Source: a virus. Taken from it: 64,000 nucleotides of DNA. Both the position numbers and the translations under genes were made by a program. Location: IMG/VR virus record IMGVR_UViG_3300033802_000281. One strand, given 5' to 3'. The notes under the pieces are model-generated. The model saw only the letters and a list, made by a program, of their open reading frames with translations. It did no database searches and was not told the DNA's origin. This document shows positions 19,995-30,488 of the stretch, in pieces (the stretch's first letter is position 1; each line of letters opens with the position of its first letter).

Positions 19995-22900
19995 CTTCCA
20001 CGAATATGTCCAATACGAATACCTTTTCGGCTCAGTCCGTTTACAATTGAATCTACTACATCTTCTCCGTTCTTCTGATTAAAATTCCCTGAAACATAAA
20101 TATTTAAATTATCTATTGTAGTGCTAGTTCCAGATGGAGTTGCTAATTGAACTGGTTTTATCAGATCAGATAGATTAATACTTCGAATAGAATCAACAAT
20201 TTGTCTGGTTATATCTACAATTTTTAACATGTTATTTGTGTCATGTTTATTTAAAATCAATTCTTTTTCGTGAGCAAGTAACCATTTGCCTTCTGGTCCC
20301 CATGCGGGGGTCATACCTCCTGTCTCAGCAGAAAAAGGTTTTAGATTTTTAACTTGTTCATAACTACCATCAGGAAATCCGAATTTATCACGGTACATTT
20401 GATTTTTTGAATTTAATTTTTCGATTTCACTACGAATGGCTTTTTGAGCAGAATCGCTTATCTTTCCATTACGTAACATTGCATATAATTCTTCTGCCTT
20501 TTGCTTATTCTTTAAATATTCATTCCATGCATTTTCTATAAGTTGTTTTTCGGAATTATTGTAATTAGTATTTGAATTAGTGTTATTTAAAGATTTCTGA
20601 TTAGAGTTATAATAACTGTCGATAGAGTCTAAATGACCTTTCATATTGTTGCTTATTGTTGAAAACATAGATCCTAAGAAATCTATCTTAGACTCTAAAT
20701 ACTTAAAGAAATTGTCATATTCGCTTCTAATTTCCCCAAGCACAGCAACAACCTGATTTTTATCATTACTCATTAGTTGTTGTTTTAGTTGATAAAAACG
20801 TTGTTCATCCTCAAGTATTGACTTCCAATACGTTTCTCGTTCTTCTTTCTCTTTATTTAATAAATCTTTATTGTGGTTATATTTTTCGTTTTCTAAATTT
20901 TTTTGTTCTTCAATATATTTTTCACGTTCGTCCAACTGATCCTGTAAACTTTGACGTAGCAAATCTCTTTCTCGTTCTCTCTGAAGATCAGCAATTTCTT
21001 CATCTAAGCGGTCTAATTCCTTCTGTAATTCATTTCTTCTCGCCTTAGCTTCAAATGAATTATCTTTTAGTAATGTATTATATTTTTCTTGTACTTTAGC
21101 ACGCTCATCTAATAATTTCTGTAGTTTACGTTGATAATCCTCTTCTTCATTCGCTCGATCTAATGCTTTTAATCTTGCGTCTATAATTTCCTTAAATTGA
21201 TTTAATTCTCTATCTAAATTATCCATTACTTTCTCATGTCGTTCATCTTCGAGACGCATTTGTTCTTCAATATAATCTAATTCAATGTCTCTGCGCTGTT
21301 CGAGCATCTTTTTATAATTTCGAATTATATCCTCTGAGAATGTATCCATTAAAGATTGAGCAGCTTTTTTAGCATCAAGTAATGCCAACTTATTTTCTCG
21401 CAAATATTCATTCAGTAATTCAATTTGCTCATTTGTTAGATCGCCTTGTTTTAATCTTTGTTCAGTCCAATATACTTCCTGATTTAAATATTTTATTTTT
21501 TCATCAAGAATAGATAGACGATCTTGTTCATATTTGTTGTATTCTTTGGTTCCTTCAACATAAAGAGCCTGAGTCTTTTCTGCTATTGTTAATCGATAAT
21601 TGATATCATCAAGCGATTTCTTTCTCTTATCTAAATATTGCTGTGTATTACTTAATTTTAGTTCATCAATACGCTTCTTTGTTTCCTCAATTTGTTTATT
21701 TAATTCTTGAACAGTGGTTCTATTGTCTTTAATTGCTCGTGTTAAAAGCTGCCACTTGTCAAATTGTTCTTTTAATGTTTCCTGTCCTTCTTCGGATAAA
21801 CTATTATAAAGTTTAATATATGTTTGAGTTGCCTCGCCATTTTCATCAACCCAAGATGACATATCATACTTAGAGGCACCTTGTAGCTTTCTTCGTTCAG
21901 CTTCTAAACGTTTGTTGGCTTCTACTAATAACGAGACTTCTTTTTGTTGACTAGCATATAATTCATTAGCTTTTTTGATAGCGTCGTTGTAACGTTCTTC
22001 TTGTTCTAATTCGTTTAATCTTTCTAAAGTTAGTTTGTTTAACTCAGCCCTAGCTTCAGCTTCTCTATTTATTTGATTAATGCGTGCTTGTGTATCATCA
22101 AGATAATCTTTTTTATTTTTTTCTTTTTTTGTTTTTGATGAACGAGAAACCCCAAAGTTAGGATCGTTCATTAATTCAAGTAACCGATTTTTAGACTCTA
22201 ACAAATTTCCGAGACTAAGTGTTAATTCGTATGCTTGCTTCTGATCATAATAAGCCTTTTGAACATTTTTAAACTGTTCTTCTGACCATTGTGTTACTGA
22301 ATCGCCAATTCTAATTTCAAGCTTAGATTCATCAAATACAATGTTACCATCTTTAAAAATATCCTCTCCAAACATTTGTGTAAAGCCAAGTTTAGAGACT
22401 TCTTTATAGGCACTTTGTAGGTCTTTAATTGCTTGTATTTCCAATCCAAACGCTTCAACCCGTCTATACACCTGTTCTAATGTAGCTGTAGACGCATCGA
22501 TTTGTGCTTGAATCGCATCCTGAGCTTCTTTTATCTTTTCCTGTCTTAATGTTTCAAGAACATCTCTTTCAATTTCCCATCCATCTTTAACTTTTTTAAT
22601 GTGAGATGCTAATTGAGGGTATTTTATTAAAAGTTCTGCTACGGTATCTGCGGACAATTTTTGCTCTTTTTTAAGATCATATAAGATATTATTTAACTCT
22701 TTTATTTCATCAGATGTATTTTCATAAACTTTTGATAAATCCGCAGCATCTTGCATGTTACTTGCAATCTCATCCGAAACATTACTTAATGTAGCGCTAA
22801 ATTTATCCGCTGCTTTAGATGCCTGATTAAATTCAATACCTACTGATGTTAAAATATTAGATAATGCCTGTACATCACCGTTTTCAATAAGTTCAGTAAC

Positions 22901-24331
22901 ATTGATTTTATTTTCATCTATATATGTCGCAATTTTGCTTGCAAATTGCTCATAATCATATAAAATTTCTTCATAATTAGATTTGGTTATATTTTTTGAT
23001 TCTATAAATACTGAAGCATAATTATCCAATAATTTCTTAACATTTTTATCAGATATTCTTGCCGAATCAACAATGATATCATTATAAGTTTGAAAATGAG
23101 ATGCAAATTTTTGCTTTTTTTGATCTAATTTATTATTTATATTAGTAACTGACGCACTATATTTCTTTAATTCATTTTCAGCATTTATAACTGCTTCATG
23201 TATGCCATTATACTGAAGAATTTCACTAAAAAGAAAATTATCGGGAGCATATTGACCTTTTTCACTAAATATACGTTTTATCTCTTCATTCAAATAAGTT
23301 ACTTTATCAATATACTCTTTAGAATATTGATCGAGTTTATCTAATTCATTTTCATTTATAAAGTTTTCTGCGAATGAAAGAGCTTCTTTTCGTGCAGAAG
23401 CAAGGTTAAAATCTTCTTCTGCTTTTTGTCTAGCTTTAATATTATCTTGTATAGCCTTAGCAACTTCTTTTAAATCGTCAATTTCTTCAGCATATAATGC
23501 TTTTCTACTTTCAAGGTAATACTGTTTCTTAGCTTCGATTAATTTTTCAATTTCTTCTCGTGTTTTATAGACTGCATTACCTTCTGCATCATAATGACTG
23601 ATAATATCAGGCATTATAGATGACATTTCTTGATGCAGAGAATTTAATTCTTCTTGAGTTCCATTAAAGTTTTCGTATTGTTTATAAAGTTCTTCTATTT
23701 TTTGAACTTGCGTTTCTGTTTCTTGAACGGATTGTCTTAAATTTTCGACATATTCTTGATGCGCTTGTTTGGCACGCATGAAAGATGTTATTAATTTTTC
23801 AAGGACGAAAGTTACTGCTGCAAAACCAAGTCCAATCAGTGTAGATGCAGCTAATGTTCTAAATGATGTAATTAATCCTTTTATTGAAACATTTAAAATT
23901 TTTGCTGTATTACTAGCAATCTTTCCTTTCTTAGAAAAATTGTCTAGAGATTTGTTTGCCCTTTGGATTAAACCGTCTCCCCAACCTAATGTATTACCTA
24001 GCTCCTTTGCTCCGCCATCAAGTAAGCGGATTCCTGCAAAGGCTACTCCCGTTGCAATGGGAAAGAAACCAACTGATTGAACTACCTTATCAATGATTTC
24101 AACAAGACTTGTTAAAGCATCGATAGTTTGATTTATTTCGCTACTGTTAAATGTATTGCTCCACAAGCCTTCCATAGTTGCTTTTAGCCTATCAATATGA
24201 GCTTGTGTTGATTGAAGATAAATGTTGTACTTATCTTGCGTTGTTCCTGCTGCGTCTAGTGCTTGCTCGTAAAGTGGAATCGTATCAGCATAACCTTCCA
24301 TGAGGTTTAGGAAGCGCGACTGTTGATAGGT
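19991..24331 (-). CDS. Tape measure protein, exon 3
   Basis: Begins ACC TAT CAA CAG (TYQQSRFLNLMEGY) right after the intron terminal G; long coiled coil with C-terminal ETGGMTPAWG..LAHEKELILNK. Confidence 0.9.
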   Translation of the reverse strand, partial: TYQQSRFLNLMEGYADTIPLYEQALDAAGTTQDKYNIYLQSTQAHIDRLKATMEGLWSNTFNSSEINQTIDALTSLVEIIDKVVQSVGFFPIATGVAFAGIRLLDGGAKELGNTLGWGDGLIQRANKSLDNFSKKGKIASNTAKILNVSIKGLITSFRTLAASTLIGLGFAAVTFVLEKLITSFMRAKQAHQEYVENLRQSVQETETQVQKIEELYKQYENFNGTQEELNSLHQEMSSIMPDIISHYDAEGNAVYKTREEIEKLIEAKKQYYLESRKALYAEEIDDLKEVAKAIQDNIKARQKAEEDFNLASARKEALSFAENFINENELDKLDQYSKEYIDKVTYLNEEIKRIFSEKGQYAPDNFLFSEILQYNGIHEAVINAENELKKYSASVTNINNKLDQKKQKFASHFQTYNDIIVDSARISDKNVKKLLDNYASVFIESKNITKSNYEEILYDYEQFASKIATYIDENKINVTELIENGDVQALSNILTSVGIEFNQASKAADKFSATLSNVSDEIASNMQDAADLSKVYENTSDEIKELNNILYDLKKEQKLSADTVAELLIKYPQLASHIKKVKDGWEIERDVLETLRQEKIKEAQDAIQAQIDASTATLEQVYRRVEAFGLEIQAIKDLQSAYKEVSKLGFTQMFGEDIFKDGNIVFDESKLEIRIGDSVTQWSEEQFKNVQKAYYDQKQAYELTLSLGNLLESKNRLLELMNDPNFGVSRSSKTKKEKNKKDYLDDTQARINQINREAEARAELNKLTLERLNELEQEERYNDAIKKANELYASQQKEVSLLVEANKRLEAERRKLQGASKYDMSSWVDENGEATQTYIKLYNSLSEEGQETLKEQFDKWQLLTRAIKDNRTTVQELNKQIEETKKRIDELKLSNTQQYLDKRKKSLDDINYRLTIAEKTQALYVEGTKEYNKYEQDRLSILDEKIKYLNQEVYWTEQRLKQGDLTNEQIELLNEYLRENKLALLDAKKAAQSLMDTFSEDIIRNYKKMLEQRRDIELDYIEEQMRLEDERHEKVMDNLDRELNQFKEIIDARLKALDRANEEEDYQRKLQKLLDERAKVQEKYNTLLKDNSFEAKARRNELQKELDRLDEEIADLQRERERDLLRQSLQDQLDEREKYIEEQKNLENEKYNHNKDLLNKEKEERETYWKSILEDEQRFYQLKQQLMSNDKNQVVAVLGEIRSEYDNFFKYLESKIDFLGSMFSTISNNMKGHLDSIDSYYNSNQKSLNNTNSNTNYNNSEKQLIENAWNEYLKNKQKAEELYAMLRNGKISDSAQKAIRSEIEKLNSKNQMYRDKFGFPDGSYEQVKNLKPFSAETGGMTPAWGPEGKWLLAHEKELILNKHDTNNMLKIVDITRQIVDSIRSINLSDLIKPVQLATPSGTSTTIDNLNIYVSGNFNQKNGEDVVDSIVNGLSRKGIRIGHIRGR

Positions 24332-24410
24332 CTTTCTGTTACTTTCATTCCCTTATACAAGGGAACTACTGACTATGCATATCAAATATGCATAGCGGGG
24401 GCGGTACTTC

Positions 24411-25165
24411 TTATTTGAAATGTTTGTTTACAAACTCGTCAAATTGCTCAATAGTATTATTTTTGTATCCATATATTTTATGAAATTTTCTATGTATATT
24501 TTTATGTAATACAACCAAAATATTATTATTAATATGATATTCAATAAATTTTTTATCTACAAGTTTCAATTGATCGGTTGTATACTTTTTAATATCATCA
24601 TAAATTGGCAAATTAATATCTTGAAAAACTTTTTTATATAACAAACTAAAAGAAATTTTATGATGTACTTCCAAATCACCTGTTTTACCAGTTATAAAAC
24701 ATTTGTAATTACTTTTCTCTAAAGTATCAATTACAATCTTTTTTTAATATATTTCTAAAATGTTTCGATACACTTGAAAATTCATTATACTTTAAACAAC
24801 CACAAGATTTTGTGTGTCCACTATTTAAATTGCTTTGTGAAGTTATAATTATATTTCCACATTCACACTCACAAAGCCAATATGCTTTTTTATTTTTTGT
24901 ATATATGTATTTTATTGTAGTTAATTTATTAAATTTCTGATTTGAAATATCTTTATATCTTGTCGGTTTATAGCATCCACAAGAAACAATTCTTTTATTT
25001 ATAATCTCATATGGTTGAACTGATGTATAATTGCCACATTCACAAATACATAAATAAAATTGTTTTTTATATAATTTACTTTTAAGTTCATCTTTCTGTA
25101 AAACAGTCAACATACCAAATTTCTTATCTAATAGATAACTGAAATCTATTCTAGGAGGTATAGTT
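24411..25165 (-). pseudogene. Intron-encoded HNH-type endonuclease with Cys-rich repeats, frameshifted in an A7 run (start approximate)
   Basis: Two CxCxCG...SCGC repeats (ORF 24727..25251) continue after a one-base shift at 24739-24745 into KCFITGKTGDLEVHH...LHKNIHRKFHKIYG (ORF 24411..24674). Confidence 0.75.
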
Positions 25166-25338
25166 AACACCTTCCTTATTAATTTTGACGAGTTTTTAAC
25201 AAATATTTCATGAGTGTCTTTACACTCGACCGCCCCTCCATGTGTCTCCACATGGAACAGACTATATCTTTACCCTAATACTAGGGTAGTTGGCGTATAG
25301 TCGTTACGGGAAATTTTACTCAAATACAATATTGTATT

Positions 25339-26517
25339 TTATATAATTTTTCTCAGTTTTCCATACCTTTTATCAAAAACTTTATCACTAATTTCAATTT
25401 GATAATGCCAATATCCACTATCAAAATGTATTTTTGCTTTCTTAAATTCTTCAATAATTGTTTTATCGTCAGGCAAATAATCTCGGGGTGAATTAATCAA
25501 AATTTGTTTCCATCCTCGTGATTTTAAAAATAAATACCTCTTTAATTCAGATTGTATAAAATCTTCGTATGAAATGCGTCCCATTTTTACTTGTAGATCA
25601 TGTCCTCCGCCATTATATTCTATGTATATTTTTTCTTCGGGAAATGCAATATCAAGATTTAAAATGTCTACTTGATAATTTAATTCTCCACCTAATAGAT
25701 TATGTAAATATAATTGTTGTTTTGATACTTGTACATTTCCATTTTTGTATAATGATTCTTTTTGTTTTCTTATTATACTTTCTTTGATTTCTGGAATTTT
25801 CATTATATGATCTACACCATATTTCTCAATTATTGTTTTCTTAATTTTAATTTTTATTTCTTCACTCTGAAATACATTATCGACCTTATATTTTTTTCTA
25901 ACTGTATCTTTTTGTTTGTCTTGAAAAATTGCTAATTGAAAAACATTTTCTACTCCATATTTTTGTAAATTGGTTTCTTTAGTTTTTATTTTATATTCAT
26001 CAGTTTGTGTGTAATGTTCGACACCGTATTTTTTCTTCAGTGTATCTTTCACCTTTTGTTTGATCTCTTCAGCTTTCATTGGACTTGTTTTTCCGTATTT
26101 CATTAAATTCGTATTTTTTATTTTGTTTTTAACTTCTGGTAAATGCATTTGATGCTCGACACCATATTTTTCTTTTACAGTATTTTTCATTTTCATTTTT
26201 GTTGATTCTAATTGTGTCGTGCTTTCTACACCATAAACAATTAAATTGCTTTCCCTTCTCTTTTTGCCCGAACATTTTACACAACTATCTTTCTTTACAA
26301 TGTTCTTTTCTGTTTGTCGAACATGATTGCAATAAGTCCTTAAAAATGTTTTATTACAATAATCACATGCAATCAATATTCTTATTTTGCTATTTTTAGG
26401 GAGGTGATCTACTTTAACATCAATTTCTTCATTAACACAACAATTGTATCCCAAATCTTTATAATGTTTTATATTTTTCCGACTAATTCTCACTCTTATG
26501 AACTTATCTACTATCAT
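25339..26517 (-). CDS. Intron-encoded EDxHD/Vsr-like homing endonuclease
   Basis: KYGV repeats; C-terminal LDIAFPEEKIYIEYNGGGHD...GWKQI; lies inside a long stem of intron 2. Confidence 0.8.
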   Translation of the reverse strand: MIVDKFIRVRISRKNIKHYKDLGYNCCVNEEIDVKVDHLPKNSKIRILIACDYCNKTFLRTYCNHVRQTEKNIVKKDSCVKCSGKKRRESNLIVYGVESTTQLESTKMKMKNTVKEKYGVEHQMHLPEVKNKIKNTNLMKYGKTSPMKAEEIKQKVKDTLKKKYGVEHYTQTDEYKIKTKETNLQKYGVENVFQLAIFQDKQKDTVRKKYKVDNVFQSEEIKIKIKKTIIEKYGVDHIMKIPEIKESIIRKQKESLYKNGNVQVSKQQLYLHNLLGGELNYQVDILNLDIAFPEEKIYIEYNGGGHDLQVKMGRISYEDFIQSELKRYLFLKSRGWKQILINSPRDYLPDDKTIIEEFKKAKIHFDSGYWHYQIEISDKVFDKRYGKLRKII

Positions 26518-26657
26518 TATTTATCCCCTATTGATTTTTGCATTGTATTTGAGCAAAATTCTTCCCTCGGTATTACCCTCAGCATGATCTGTTAGGGCTT
26601 CCACCGATATAGCCAACTTTTCACCATACAATTACTTGTATGGGGGGCTACCACTTA

Positions 26658-27023
26658 ACCCGCTATCGTAGTCGCCAAATAAGCTTGTTGCCTTGAATCT
26701 AGACTATTCCACTTAGCCCCTAGTTCATCCATTACATCTCCGAAATTTCTAAACTGACCGCGAGCGTCCATTAGCTGGATGCCTACTTCGGCCAATGCCT
26801 TTGCAACTTGGTTGACTTGTGTACCATCTTCTTCATCAAAACCATATTCTTTTAGATTTTGTACGCGAGCCAAAATTGACTTGATGGAGTTACCTATGGT
26901 TGCTGCATTCTCACGAGTGCGAGACGATAAGACGGCAATCCATGAAGCTACTTTTTCAAATTCAATATTGAGAGCACCAGCCGTACCACCAACACGTTGA
27001 AAGGCAACGCCAATTTCATCTGC
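26658..27023 (-). CDS. Tape measure protein, exon 2 (122 codons)
   Basis: ADEIGVAFQRVG...IGNSIKSILAR...LATTIAG, TP901-type tape measure core. Confidence 0.9.
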
Positions 27024-28431
27024 CAATCTGTTACTTTCACCTTATAAGTTCTTTACCTTATAAGGCTACTGACCATACGCCATATATCATTTACAATATA
27101 CGGCGTATGGCGACCAAGTATTTCTACTTGGTTCCTCGTTTTCATAAATGCTATATAAAGTAATAGCCTTTGGATTATAGACGAGGATCGGACTGTATCT
27201 TAATCCTTCATATGAAGGACTGTTGGCGTGGATTATATGTCACCATATAATCACTCAGTCTCTACGAAACATCACCAATTAAATATAATCGACCATAATC
27301 ATAAGATTCAATTTTGTTTTTGTACTTTACTAAATTATTATCTATATCAAAAACAATCCATGAATTGTTTTCTAAAATACCACAAGCATAATCAATTATT
27401 GACTTAATCTTTTCTGGTGCAGGCACTCTGTCTCTTTTGCTTATTATTCTTATTTCTTTCCATCCTCTTCGATATAAGGAATATCTCCGCCTCTTTTCTT
27501 TTTCATCAAATTCTTCCTTTGAAATTTGACCTATTTTTACAGCTAAGTCATGTCCACTTCCATCAAATTCTATATATATTTTATTTTCTGGAAAGGCAAT
27601 ATCTAATACAGAATTACCAACAGGATAATTTAAAACCCCACCAACAATATTATGTATATGTTTTTGTTGTCTAGAACATGGATGTTTACCAAATTTATAT
27701 TTTGTTTTTAAGATTCTACTTACTCTACACTTCCAACATCGTTTTCCTGATTTAAAATCAGCCAAAGAAATAAAAGATTTATTTCCGCATTCACAAATAT
27801 ATTCAAGTGGTTTATGATATCCTTCATATGTTTCAAATAACGGTACACAACCACCATCAATAAAAACTTTTCTTACTGTATCAATATCAAATTTAAATTG
27901 ATCGGATAATTTTTTTAAACCGCAATCTTTACATCTTTGACCTTTTTTAAAGTTAGAAAAAGTGGTCTTAGCATGCTTCCCACATTGACAAATATATTCT
28001 AAAACATCATTAGCACCAGTGTAAATAGATAAAAGCTTACATCCATGTTCTTCGAAATATTTAGCAACATATTCTTGATCATACTTTTCCAATCCGCTAC
28101 AAATTTTGCAACCATTTTTCCTAGTTTTAAATTTCCCAAAGATCGTTTCTCTTAAATTTCCACATTTACAAATGTATTTTAGTTTAGTTTTAGAATTTTT
28201 ATATTCATCTAATAAAATACAACCTTTGCTTCTAAAAAAATTATCAACATATTCATGTGTGAATTTAATATTATTTTTCCCCATATACCAACTCCGTTCT
28301 ATTTTTTTATATTAGTGGTCGATTATATATTTGATGATGTTCCACGGAATTACCTGTCCCCAAGCTTCTTCCGTACAAGCCAACTTTTCACCAGTAACTT
28401 ACGCTACTGGGCGGCAAAATATCCAAAATTT
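27024..28431 (-). ncRNA. Group I intron 1 of tape measure gene (1408 nt)
   Basis: 5' exon ends GGU; P1 CGGU/GCCG; P3 GTTGGC/GCCAAC; P7 GACTG/CAGTC in CGTAGAGACTG...AAGATACAGTCC; ends GAAAGTAACAGATTG; removal restores the reading frame. Confidence 0.92.
27262..28284 (-). CDS. Intron-encoded EDxHD/Vsr-like homing endonuclease with three zinc-ribbon repeats
   Basis: YICxCG...CxxC three times; LDIAFPENKIYIEFDGSGHD...RRGWKEIRI; stop codon overlaps the intron core. Confidence 0.82.
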   Translation of the reverse strand: MGKNNIKFTHEYVDNFFRSKGCILLDEYKNSKTKLKYICKCGNLRETIFGKFKTRKNGCKICSGLEKYDQEYVAKYFEEHGCKLLSIYTGANDVLEYICQCGKHAKTTFSNFKKGQRCKDCGLKKLSDQFKFDIDTVRKVFIDGGCVPLFETYEGYHKPLEYICECGNKSFISLADFKSGKRCWKCRVSRILKTKYKFGKHPCSRQQKHIHNIVGGVLNYPVGNSVLDIAFPENKIYIEFDGSGHDLAVKIGQISKEEFDEKEKRRRYSLYRRGWKEIRIISKRDRVPAPEKIKSIIDYACGILENNSWIVFDIDNNLVKYKNKIESYDYGRLYLIGDVS

Positions 28432-29946
28432 ACCGGTCGCCGTGGCGTCACCAAGGTACGCGAACACGTCCGATGCTCGTTCAATATCTACACCCATCGA
28501 GTTAACAGTCGCCGTTAAAATTTCAGCCGCATCTTTAAATTCCAAGCTACTAATCTTCGCATATTGCGTGGTAATTTGAAGACGTTTCATTACTTCATCT
28601 TGAGTTAAACCTTGCCGATAAAATTCTACTGACGCTTCGGCAATTTCTCGTGTAGTAACACTCATTTCTTTGGCAAGATTATTATATTCTTCAGCTAGAC
28701 CACGGACTTCTTCTTGATTCTTTCCTAAAACAATCGCTATTTCATTGAGTTTCGAATCCAGTTCAGTTGTATATTGCAATCCATATTGAAAGAACCGCAT
28801 AGTCTGCATGATTACTGTACCAGAAAATAACCACACAGGGAATTTTATAAATGCAGTCCTTATTGCTTCACTAAATCCTAAAATATAAGATGTTGCTGTA
28901 CTCGCATTTGCCTTAATTTGTTTTAGTTCATAGTTAAAATCTTGAAATGCGCGTTTGTATTCCGGTGTAAATGCTATTGATTGCAACCTATTTTCAAGTT
29001 CATTCAACCCTTTTGTTACATTTGGATCGGCTCCAAATCTTCTACGCAAATCAGCAATTTCTAGTTCAGCTTTTTTTCTTTTATTCAGAAAATCTTCATA
29101 ATGTCTTGTTTCACGCTGTTCTCTATCATGTAGAGCCTTTAGCCACCATCGTTCGTATTCTTGCTCTTGTTTTAAGCGTCTTTGATATTGCCTCTCTAGC
29201 GCCTGTTGTTCTTTGAGATCGCGATCACGTAAAGCTTTTTGCCACCATTGTTCATACTGTTGTACTTCTTTTGCCCGCTGTTCTAACTCTCTTAATTGTG
29301 CATTAACCCTTGAAAAATCAGCTTTACTAGACCGTTCATTAAGTTTTGCAAAGCTATTTGCCAAATCTGCAACTTTTTCATTTGTAGAACCAAATACTTT
29401 TTCAATTTGTGTAAAGCGGTTTGTAAAATCGCGTACAAAATTTTCGTATTTCTTTTTTGCTTCGTTTAATTTTCCTTGATCTAAAACTTCTTCGATTCTA
29501 GTTGTAATTATCGATCCGTCTTCTTGAGGACGATATGTTGTAGTAGTGTATTTAAATTGATCTCCTCTGGTTTCTCTTATCTCACTTACTTTTCCAGAAC
29601 CAGAGCGTATTGTTGTTTTTCTACTTAATTCATCTATATTTTTTGATAATTCTTGTACAGATTTAGCTTCTTTTTGTAGTTGCTTTTCATGTTCTCTTGA
29701 GGCTTGTGTAGCTTGTTCTGTTAATTGACTTAATTTCTTAAAATTCTCATTTCCGATTTGATTAATTGAACGTAAAGAATCCTCAATTGATTTTAATGTT
29801 TCATTATCAATATTGATTTTTATATTTAATTTATTTATTTTTTCTTCTATTCGTTTGATTGCTGCATTAATATCACCAGTTTCTTTATCTTCATCGATAA
29901 AGAAACTCAGTATAATACCTAAATCTTTATCATTTTCGTTCGCCAC
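28432..29946 (-). CDS. Tape measure protein, exon 1 (505 codons; spliced product 2073 aa)
   Basis: FYRQGL...AAEILTATVNSM...DVFAYLGDATATG joins in frame to exon 2. Confidence 0.9.
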
Positions 29947-29969
29947 AATCCATCACCCCTTTTTCCAGA

Positions 29970-30009
29970 AAATAAAAAGGAGTGGTGGAACATAGCCAAC
30001 TCACTCCTT
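29970..30009 (-). terminator. Intrinsic terminator upstream of tape measure gene
   Basis: AAGGAGTG...CACTCCTT plus T-run on minus strand. Confidence 0.55.
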
Positions 30010-30462
30010 CTCATTTGCATTTTCAATGATTTCTTTGTCTTCCTGATAAATATTTTCAAAAATGTCATAAAGGCGATCATAAATTAGAGCCTTTTCACCT
30101 TTATATTTATTTGGACAATTCATAATTGCTTCTTGTAATGTTAGAAGCATTTTTTTATTTTCTTCATCTTCTGCAATAAATACTTCTTCGTTTACGAGAT
30201 CTTCATATTCTTGTTTAAATTTTTCTTCGTCAATAACATCATAAACATTTCGGCCATCAATTTTTTTAGTCTTTGGATTACCTAATTCATCAAGGCGACA
30301 ATGTTCTTTAAGTAATTGCCAATGATATTGCTTAAATTCTTTATATTTTTCTTCGAGAATTCTAAGGAATTTCATTCGCATACGATTTTTTCTACCTTCT
30401 AATTCAAGCTCATTAAGCAGAAAATCGGAAATAGTCATTATCTCGCCGTTAAAAAATTTCAT
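30001..30462 (-). CDS. Hypothetical protein (DUF1617-like)
   Basis: LELEGRKNRMRMKFL..LEEK...LLKEHC..DELGNPK pattern. Confidence 0.5.
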   Translation of the reverse strand: MKFFNGEIMTISDFLLNELELEGRKNRMRMKFLRILEEKYKEFKQYHWQLLKEHCRLDELGNPKTKKIDGRNVYDVIDEEKFKQEYEDLVNEEVFIAEDEENKKMLLTLQEAIMNCPNKYKGEKALIYDRLYDIFENIYQEDKEIIENANEKE

Positions 30463-30488
30463 TGAATTCTCCCCTTAAAATCTCTATT

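Larger units (their letters stand above)
24332..26657 (-). ncRNA. Group I intron 2 of tape measure gene (2326 nt, two endonuclease ORFs)
   Basis: 5' exon ends GGU; P1 GGGU/GCCC; P3 GTTGGC/GCCAAC; P7 GACTA/TAGTC in CCGTAACGACTA...AAGATATAGTC; ends GAAAGTAACAGAAAG; removal restores the reading frame. Confidence 0.92.
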
